The position numbers were made by a program, and so were the translations under genes. The notes below the pieces were generated by a model that saw only the letters and a program-made list of their open reading frames with translations, did no database searches and was not told the DNA's origin. From IMG/VR virus record IMGVR_UViG_3300010372_000004, positions 1 through 64,000 of that record: a stretch of 64,000 nucleotides of DNA; one strand, 5' to 3'. Shown here piece after piece: positions 57,025-64,000 of this stretch. This DNA is from a virus. Position 1 is the first letter of the stretch; every line of letters begins with the position of its first letter.

Positions 57025-57938
57025 GTAATTTTGATTATTCTCAAAAATTTAGTCGTCGGGTCATTAATGACCCACGGCTAAAGCGGTTCATTTGGGATTT
57101 CCACAATTTTGGTACAACTTATGTTGAGCCTTTTGTCCATGCTTCTATAGGTCCAGAAGGAACTCAAAATTTTGTACCTTATAGTTCTATTAAACCAGTG
57201 AGAAACATCTCACTGGATTTCCCCTTACTTTTATTGCAAGAAGAAGACCATGCGCTAATCACAGGGTTGGCATATCGACCAGAGATGGATTTTAATAAAT
57301 TGAAGGACTTTTATATTGAACATAAAAGCTATAAACCTTTTATTTATGAACACCCCATTTATGGAGATATGACAGTTAGATTTGCTAAACCAATTGCCAT
57401 GCCTAAAAAAATAAAAGGTGGTGTAGGTGTGGTGCAAAACTTTACAGTAGAATTACAAGAAGTTGTCACCACAGACTATACATTTCAAAAAGGTGAGAAT
57501 TATCAAGGAGATATGGTTTTTCCAGTAGGTTATTATGATGTTGAAATTGATTATCCTGACAACTCAAATCTAATCCCTTTGGGAAACAACTACACAATGG
57601 CTTTCTACTCTGTGGCTAAAAATTTGAGAGTTTTTAAGTTAACATGTAGTGGTTTGAAATACTTTATAGACTCAGACAACAAAATCAGACTGGGTCCTTG
57701 TCCTGATCAAAACATGGCTTTATTGGAAATGTTCTATTTAAAGTATAGACTTAATTCCAGATTCAATTTTGAATATATGGGAGAAGTTATTCCTGTCCGT
57801 TTTCAGCAGCCAATAAGTATTCCAAAAATTAACGGAAATACTGGTATAATTTCAGACTTAGAACTAACCCTTATTGAAACACCTTACAAAACTTCAGAAA
57901 AAGGAACCGTGTATGAGCGAGGTGATAAACTTAGTTAA
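57021..57938 (+). CDS. Distal tail protein (gpM-like, internally duplicated)
   Basis: Two copies of FY...F..E....VRF..PI..PK..G..G....EL. Confidence 0.65.
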   Translation: MSNFDYSQKFSRRVINDPRLKRFIWDFHNFGTTYVEPFVHASIGPEGTQNFVPYSSIKPVRNISLDFPLLLLQEEDHALITGLAYRPEMDFNKLKDFYIEHKSYKPFIYEHPIYGDMTVRFAKPIAMPKKIKGGVGVVQNFTVELQEVVTTDYTFQKGENYQGDMVFPVGYYDVEIDYPDNSNLIPLGNNYTMAFYSVAKNLRVFKLTCSGLKYFIDSDNKIRLGPCPDQNMALLEMFYLKYRLNSRFNFEYMGEVIPVRFQQPISIPKINGNTGIISDLELTLIETPYKTSEKGTVYERGDKLS

Positions 57939-58392
57939 TGCTTCAAATCTTGAACAAATTAAAAAAGTTAATTTGTTCAAGATTGTCACAGTTGATCAAA
58001 ATGAAATATACATGTGCGACACATTCACTGTTTCTGATTTTTTAGGTGATGAATATCGCTTTATGTCCTGTGCCTTACAAGGTGCAGGGCAATCTTTTAC
58101 AAATGAATATGTTAGACCTCAGTTTTCATTTGAAAACCCAAACTTCATGTTCAACCAATATGTATTAGAAAAGAATCTTGATTACGCACAAATCATTCAT
58201 TATGAAATGATTTTTGATACTTCAGAAGGTGTCAATGGTCAAGTAATCTCTACAAATGTTTGGCAAATTTATCAAGTATCCAACGTAGGTACTCAAATCA
58301 CGGTTAAGTTAAGAGCCTTATCTGATTGTCCAAACACAAATATTCCCCCACGCTCTTATTATGCCCCAGAGTTTTCGAGTGTTAATGTCTAA
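57913..58392 (+). CDS. Minor tail protein (gpL-like)
   Basis: RP.....N, L....D...IPPR.Y; start moved to MSEVI. Confidence 0.7.
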   Translation: MSEVINLVNASNLEQIKKVNLFKIVTVDQNEIYMCDTFTVSDFLGDEYRFMSCALQGAGQSFTNEYVRPQFSFENPNFMFNQYVLEKNLDYAQIIHYEMIFDTSEGVNGQVISTNVWQIYQVSNVGTQITVKLRALSDCPNTNIPPRSYYAPEFSSVNV

Positions 58393-58865
58393 TGATTGAA
58401 TATAAATTTTATCAAGAGTTAATGGAAAGGAATTACAAAATGGGTGAGACCGATTGCTTTGGTCTCATTCGTGATTTGTATGATAAAAAATATGGTATTC
58501 TTCTGCCAAATTTTGCTCGTCCTAAAAACTTTTTTGACCCAAGAATTAATGTTTATGCACGAATAGTGGCTGAACCTTATTTTAAAGAAAGAGGTTTGTG
58601 TCCTACTACCTTTAAAGAAGGGGATATTTTAGCTTTCCGAATTGGTACAGACTTAGTCAACCATGTTGGGGTTTATTTAGGAAATAAACTTTTTTTACAT
58701 CAAATGTTTAATGCTCAACCAAGAGAAGAAAATTTAGACGATAGATGGTTGAGACGTTTGTATATGGCACATTACCATGTGGATGTTCCTGTCGTGAAAA
58801 AGAAATTGAACATTTTAGATGTTATGCCAAATTACCTAAAGGCTGAAAGATATGTTGAACAATAA
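58392..58865 (+). CDS. NlpC/P60 tail assembly protein
   Basis: DCFGLIR, NHVGVYLG, LH. Confidence 0.9.
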   Translation: MIEYKFYQELMERNYKMGETDCFGLIRDLYDKKYGILLPNFARPKNFFDPRINVYARIVAEPYFKERGLCPTTFKEGDILAFRIGTDLVNHVGVYLGNKLFLHQMFNAQPREENLDDRWLRRLYMAHYHVDVPVVKKKLNILDVMPNYLKAERYVEQ

Positions 58866-59151
58866 TTGGAATCCTATTGAGGAACTTTGTGGTTACATTG
58901 CAGAAGACGGCTCCTTGGTAGAATTAAAAAATTTGTCTTCAAACCCAAAAATGGGTTTTTCTGTTAATATTGATGAAGTTCCAGAAGATGCTCAAGGCTT
59001 GTGGCACAGCCACCCTAGTAATGATTTAAATTTATCTGTTGAAGATTATTTAAACTTCTTACAATTCCCTCAATATATTCATAGAATATATGGGAAAGAT
59101 AGTTATGCTGAATATTACGTCAGAAGCAACGTAGTATATCGCAAGGAGTAA
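58852..59151 (+). CDS. JAB/MPN domain protein
   Basis: ELCG, WHSHP, LS.ED. Confidence 0.88.
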   Translation: MLNNNWNPIEELCGYIAEDGSLVELKNLSSNPKMGFSVNIDEVPEDAQGLWHSHPSNDLNLSVEDYLNFLQFPQYIHRIYGKDSYAEYYVRSNVVYRKE

Positions 59152-59153
59152 AA

Positions 59154-59951
59154 ATGCTTATAGTGTTCGAAGAATCTTTAAGAGATTTATTTCCAGAAGG
59201 TACTTATGACATTAAAGCATCCACACCATTGGATGCTTTAAAGTTATTAGCTACCAACCACCCTTTGGTTGATAAAATAAGACCAAGGGCTGTGAGAATT
59301 AGACAAATAAAGGACTTGAGTTTATTAACTGACCCAAGCCTTCAAAGTAAAACCTTTGAAATTATTCCAGCTGATCACAATGAATTAAACAAAGCTTTTT
59401 ATTCAGGCGCAGGCGGTGACAACGGCTGGGTAAATGTCATTATCGGTGTCGTGATCATTGTCGTAGCTGTAGTCGCTGCCCCAGTCAGTGGTGGTTCATC
59501 TTTAGCAGCTGGTGGTGCAGCCGTAGGCGGTGGTGCTGCAGCAACTACAGGTTTTTCTTATGCAGCTTTTGCAGCACAAATGGCTATGTCAATTGGTGTT
59601 TCATTAGTTCTGACTGGACTTATGCAATTATTGGCTCCCAAGCCGAAAGATGCTGAAGGTAATAAAAGTTCACGAAAATTTGGAACTCAAACAACTACAG
59701 AACTAGGTGCACCCATTCAAATGATTTTTGGCTTACACAGAGCTTATTTTCATTTAATTAGTTTCAATGTCGATGCCAGAAAGTACGATGGTGTAGATCG
59801 ACCCGATGATTCCCCTTACTTTAAAGAAAAAGTAGATGAACATTTACCTGAAGCAAATTTGAACCGCTTCTATGGTATTTACCAAGCAGGGGATGAAACT
59901 AAGTTGCTACAGGTAAATAATGAAATAAACCGTACAGGTATGGAGTATTAA
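59154..59951 (+). CDS. Tail assembly protein (gpI-like)
   Basis: GAGG plus hydrophobic segments, G.PI...FG. Confidence 0.8.
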   Translation: MLIVFEESLRDLFPEGTYDIKASTPLDALKLLATNHPLVDKIRPRAVRIRQIKDLSLLTDPSLQSKTFEIIPADHNELNKAFYSGAGGDNGWVNVIIGVVIIVVAVVAAPVSGGSSLAAGGAAVGGGAAATTGFSYAAFAAQMAMSIGVSLVLTGLMQLLAPKPKDAEGNKSSRKFGTQTTTELGAPIQMIFGLHRAYFHLISFNVDARKYDGVDRPDDSPYFKEKVDEHLPEANLNRFYGIYQAGDETKLLQVNNEINRTGMEY

Positions 59952-59952
59952 A

Positions 59953-62900
59953 ATGGGTGGTAAAAAGGGTAAATCCCCAACAATTACAGCTGATAACTTA
60001 TATAGCCAAGACATTTTAGAGATTGGAGCAGCTATCGGCAATGGTACTATTTACGGTTTAGAAAAAGGACTGGAATCTTTCTATATTGGAAATATCCCTT
60101 TCCAATCAGAAACAGGCACATATAATTTCCAAGATGTTTGTGTCAGTTTTAGACAAGGATATTATGATGATCTACCTTTAAAATATATTATGGGTGGTGA
60201 AGGTTCTATTATTCAAGAAACTGTAGGTATGACCTTACCAGCAGAAGTGACTCGAACAATCATTACGCCAGCAACCCATCGTGGGCGTATTAAACAAATT
60301 GATGTTCGTTTTTTAGTTTCTATGCTTTATGCAGGGGACTCTAAAGGTAATACAAGAACCAGTAGTTTGTTAATGTCGATTAAATACAGAAAAGTAGGCG
60401 ACACCGTCTGGTCAAAAGTTACAGAAACAACAGCATCGTTATATTCATCAAAATCACAAACAGACACCTTACGTCAAGAAGCATCAAGACGAGGTTTAAA
60501 TTATGATGCCATGACAGAAGCGGATAAAGTCACTTTTGCCAATGAAGTATTGACCGATAATCAGATTATTACCAGTGCCGATGACTTAAAACAAACCTAC
60601 ATCCCTTCTGGTTATGGAGGGGGCTTTGGTTTATCTGGTTTACAAGGTATGAGTGTTCAGGCAATTCAAGCACAAAAAAGAGCTGAAGCTATTCGTCAAC
60701 AAATTTCAAATAACCAAGCTATAATAGATGCTTATAACGCAGGGGCTTTAACTATTGAAGGTAAAACCACTGGTGGTTATATTTATGAAGTGAGTATCCC
60801 TATTTTTGATAATGAGGGAGATAATCATGATTGGGAAATTCAAATCACTAGATTGTCTAAAGAGCTAACTTCTGAGGAAAAGAAATTTTCAAACAAGCAA
60901 ATCTCTTTAGAATCTATGGCTTTGATCACTGATCAAGAAAAGATATATAGAAAAACAGCAATATGTCATATTGTGGCGCAGCACACAGACCGCTTTGATA
61001 CCATTCCAGATTTCTCTGGGGATTTCTATGGTCTAATTTGTGATATTCCCTCTAATTATAATCCCTTCGAACACACTTACGATGAAGCCACACCTTGGGA
61101 TGGAACATATAAAAAAGGTTGGACCAATAACCCTTTTTGGATTTTACGTGAATTGATCATGAATCAAGACTGGGGTTTACGTTCAATAGAAAGAAAAATG
61201 CAAGTGGACAATGCTAATTTCTACACCTTAGCAAAATATTGTGATTTTAAAGTCCCTACCTTCGACGGTAAACTTGCTCCACGATATACTTTTAATGAAG
61301 TTGTTCAGCAAAAAACTAAAATTAAAGAATATATCAATTATGTAGCTGGGGCTGTGCATACGACTTTGCGTGAAATTAATGGTGTTTATTATGCTTTTAT
61401 GGATAAACCAAACACACCTAAATTTTTCGTAACGCCTGAAATGATTCTGCAGACTAATTTTCAATATAGTTCTGCTGATTTAGAGTCAAAATATAATTCA
61501 GTAAATGTTACTTTTCTCAATGCTGAGAATAACTATCAGCAAGATCGACGAACTGTAATTGATAATCCGTCAATTGAAAAATATGGGATAATCCCTTATG
61601 AATTTCAAGCTGTCGGTTGTACTAATGTTACGGAAGCAATTCGTCAAGCAGTTTATGCTTTATTAACCAACCGTGATGAAGACATTTTTACAACCTTCAA
61701 CTTGCCACGGCTCGGACACTTGGTGAATATTTACGATCATTTCTATATTGCTCATAAAGAAAATGGTTGGGGAAATCACGCTCGTATTTTGCAATATGAC
61801 ACAGTAACCAGAACAGTTCATTTAAGAGACCCAATTTTTGAAGGGACTTACACCTTATACTATCACACCCCTTTTGGCATAGGCTCAGTTTCAGTACATA
61901 GTCAAGACCCTTATTCTTTAAGAATCTTAGGTGAATTTTTTGATAGTGAATATCTTCAAGAAGAAACCCCAATCGCTATCAGTGGTGGGGTCTATGGTCA
62001 ACCAAAAGTGTTTCGAGTTTTAGGTATTATGCAAGATGACACCACAGGGGCATCAGGTGGTGAAGTGTTTGAGTTTAAAGCAGCAACAGTTTCTGAAAAT
62101 AAATTTTTGGCTGTAGATAATGTTAATAATCCAGAACTTGTAAATTTAACATTCGATGTAACTGACACTATCTATAAGCGAGAACCAACTCCTACAGCAC
62201 CAGAAAATGTTCGTTTACGATACAAAGACTGGTCATCATATAATGGTCAATTGGTTTATCAACTTTCCTTCAATACTGAAGTTAAAGCATATTACTATGA
62301 CGTTGTCTGGGTAGATGAAACTACAGGTGAAAGAAGAAATAAACGAATTTTTGGACAGGGTGGAGAACTATTCCCAGCGTTTGATCGTGAAACCAATAAG
62401 GTCTCATTATTTATTACGCCATTCAATTCGAAAGGAGAAGCTGGTTATACAAAATATATTCGTGATATTGTACCTTATGTAGATGCAGAAACGAAATTAC
62501 CAATCTTGCAAGGTATTGAGTCTGTAGGTTCAAGTATTAAAGTAAAATGGTCAGCTGAAACATCAGATATGTTCCCATACACCTTTAAATACTTTTCTTA
62601 CATGACACCGAAAGAGACTGTGACAAATATTGTTCTGAAGCCAACGGATACTGAATATTCTGTACCAAACCAAGGTGAAGGTAAATACTCATTCCAATTG
62701 GTTTATGATCAGGACGGTTCTGGTTCTAAAATGTCTTCTGAAGTTTGGCATTATAATTCAACTACAAGTGGTTTCTATATCCAACCACAGATTAATAGCA
62801 TAACTTCAAGTAAGAAAAATGAAGATGGTTCTTCCGCTTCTGGTACGAAAGTTTTCCCTCAATTAACTGTCACAGTTGCTGAGTGGATGACAAATAAAGA

Positions 62901-63138
62901 TTTAAATCAATTAACCAATCCGTTTGCTATTCGTCATGAAAACACAGTCGGTGGTGGTGATTATGTCTTTTTATCTGGTGATTTCTATGTTCTTAAAACA
63001 GGAGATACTACAGCCAGAATTGTTATTTCTAAAGAGATTGAAGTTGGAGCCAATTTGCAAATCAGGGTTCAGAACCAATGGGGTACAACAACGTCACCTT
63101 GGTCAGAAGCTTTAGTTCCAGCAGCACCTACAACTTAA
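59953..63138 (+). CDS. Central tail tip / host specificity protein (gpJ-like)
   Basis: IPSNYNP, WDG.YK..WTNNP.W, YCD, PRYTFN; FN3-like C-terminus. Confidence 0.9.
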   Translation: MGGKKGKSPTITADNLYSQDILEIGAAIGNGTIYGLEKGLESFYIGNIPFQSETGTYNFQDVCVSFRQGYYDDLPLKYIMGGEGSIIQETVGMTLPAEVTRTIITPATHRGRIKQIDVRFLVSMLYAGDSKGNTRTSSLLMSIKYRKVGDTVWSKVTETTASLYSSKSQTDTLRQEASRRGLNYDAMTEADKVTFANEVLTDNQIITSADDLKQTYIPSGYGGGFGLSGLQGMSVQAIQAQKRAEAIRQQISNNQAIIDAYNAGALTIEGKTTGGYIYEVSIPIFDNEGDNHDWEIQITRLSKELTSEEKKFSNKQISLESMALITDQEKIYRKTAICHIVAQHTDRFDTIPDFSGDFYGLICDIPSNYNPFEHTYDEATPWDGTYKKGWTNNPFWILRELIMNQDWGLRSIERKMQVDNANFYTLAKYCDFKVPTFDGKLAPRYTFNEVVQQKTKIKEYINYVAGAVHTTLREINGVYYAFMDKPNTPKFFVTPEMILQTNFQYSSADLESKYNSVNVTFLNAENNYQQDRRTVIDNPSIEKYGIIPYEFQAVGCTNVTEAIRQAVYALLTNRDEDIFTTFNLPRLGHLVNIYDHFYIAHKENGWGNHARILQYDTVTRTVHLRDPIFEGTYTLYYHTPFGIGSVSVHSQDPYSLRILGEFFDSEYLQEETPIAISGGVYGQPKVFRVLGIMQDDTTGASGGEVFEFKAATVSENKFLAVDNVNNPELVNLTFDVTDTIYKREPTPTAPENVRLRYKDWSSYNGQLVYQLSFNTEVKAYYYDVVWVDETTGERRNKRIFGQGGELFPAFDRETNKVSLFITPFNSKGEAGYTKYIRDIVPYVDAETKLPILQGIESVGSSIKVKWSAETSDMFPYTFKYFSYMTPKETVTNIVLKPTDTEYSVPNQGEGKYSFQLVYDQDGSGSKMSSEVWHYNSTTSGFYIQPQINSITSSKKNEDGSSASGTKVFPQLTVTVAEWMTNKDLNQLTNPFAIRHENTVGGGDYVFLSGDFYVLKTGDTTARIVISKEIEVGANLQIRVQNQWGTTTSPWSEALVPAAPTT

Positions 63139-63145
63139 ACTAAAA

Positions 63146-63183
63146 ATAATAAAAAGCCCTCAATAATGAGGGCTTTTTATTAT
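63146..63183. terminator. Bidirectional terminator
   Basis: ATAATAAAAAGCCCTCA/TGAGGGCTTTTTATTAT between convergent genes. Confidence 0.9.
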
Positions 63184-63188
63184 ATGTT

Positions 63189-64000
63189 TTATGTATTCAT
63201 CAAATCAGCATACTTATGAGCATCTTTTTTGAAATCAGCTGGTGGGTATTCCCATTCCCCAACAAGTGCTCCAATTTGATAGTTTGTTCCAGCAGTTTCA
63301 AAGAAGTTATCTAATGATGCTGAGAACAACATTGAAGCCCATTCTAATTCAAGAATATTCGATGTGCCGTAAATTGTTTCTACACCAATGTTCAATTTTT
63401 TAATACGAACATCGGCAAGCTGTTTCAAGAACATTTCAATTTGATCAACAGTTAGATCGTGCAATGGTCCACGCTTTAACACAGCCTTGGCATAATTCAC
63501 ACCACGTTGAACAGAATTTTTAAACATAGCAATAACTACATTTTGTAAATTCTCTAAACGATTGTTTTTATTAATAATTTCCTTATTTTCTTCAAGTTCT
63601 GTGTTGAAGAATTTAGTCAGAATAGTGCAATGATGATTTTCATCACGTGATGACCAAGACACAATTTCTTGACCCAGTGCTTTCATTTTACCAAAACGCT
63701 GGTCGTTTAAAAGCATCAAGAAAATACCATATAAACCAATGCCTTCCCCACAAATATGACGACATAAAGTGGTTAATCGTTGATATAGATCATCCGACTC
63801 TGCTTGTTGAATCATGAAATCATGCTGTTCTGCAATCTCGTCAATTGCTAACATTTCCGCATAACCAGTTTTTGGGAACCCTAACTGGTCAGGTAACATA
63901 TCATAATTGTCAACATGAGTAAGTTCACGGTCAATGATTCTACCTATGACCATGCGTAGTTCAGGTTGACGATACCATTTGGCTAAGTTGTCAAAATAAG
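63189..64000 (-). CDS. nrdB: Ribonucleotide reductase class I beta subunit, partial (start beyond window)
   Basis: RE..H...Y, EG..LY..F, WS.RDE..H, NFFE....Y; frame open to the right edge. Confidence 0.88.
   Translation of the reverse strand, partial: YFDNLAKWYRQPELRMVIGRIIDRELTHVDNYDMLPDQLGFPKTGYAEMLAIDEIAEQHDFMIQQAESDDLYQRLTTLCRHICGEGIGLYGIFLMLLNDQRFGKMKALGQEIVSWSSRDENHHCTILTKFFNTELEENKEIINKNNRLENLQNVVIAMFKNSVQRGVNYAKAVLKRGPLHDLTVDQIEMFLKQLADVRIKKLNIGVETIYGTSNILELEWASMLFSASLDNFFETAGTNYQIGALVGEWEYPPADFKKDAHKYADLMNT

Noticed and set aside
386-63115. Short antisense or alternate-frame ORFs in the track (e.g. 386, 8069, 14738, 33915, 42924, 45464, 53211)
   Set aside because: Shadow ORFs of well-supported genes, without RBS or motifs.
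1-64000. Alternative genetic code or hypermodified-base pathway
   Set aside because: Long genes translate intact with the standard code, and no modification enzymes were recognised in this window.

Overview
A 64-kb slice of an AT-rich, apparently lytic, long-tailed dsDNA phage (siphovirus). No integrase or repressor module is seen in the window. The host is probably Acinetobacter, inferred from the tail-fibre N-terminal motif and restriction-site avoidance. The minus strand (1-39.7 kb) carries family A DNA polymerase, tRNA-Asn, a lysis cassette, a 1451-aa repeat-containing tail fibre, 5'-3' exonuclease, GIY-YIG endonuclease, SF2 helicase, a YfdP/YfdQ-like pair, about 35 small early genes and a primase-helicase. 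The plus strand (40-63 kb) carries a complete head/tail module, and a partial RNR beta gene converges from the right edge. The least explained signals are mostly non-coding: (1) a promoter-driven chain of about six abutting, long-stem-closed structured RNAs ending in the tRNA (4.3-5.2 kb); (2) a ~470-nt element near the likely genome end that folds on the template (+) strand; (3) no Pro-Gly dipeptide in any protein I read, implying CCNGG avoidance strong enough to alter conserved motifs; (4) late promoters placed inside RBS-occluding hairpins; (5) an unannotated 38-aa cationic peptide after the endolysin; (6) a 20-bp iteron cluster with a satellite copy at the late switch. All folds and motif counts were read by eye, not computed.
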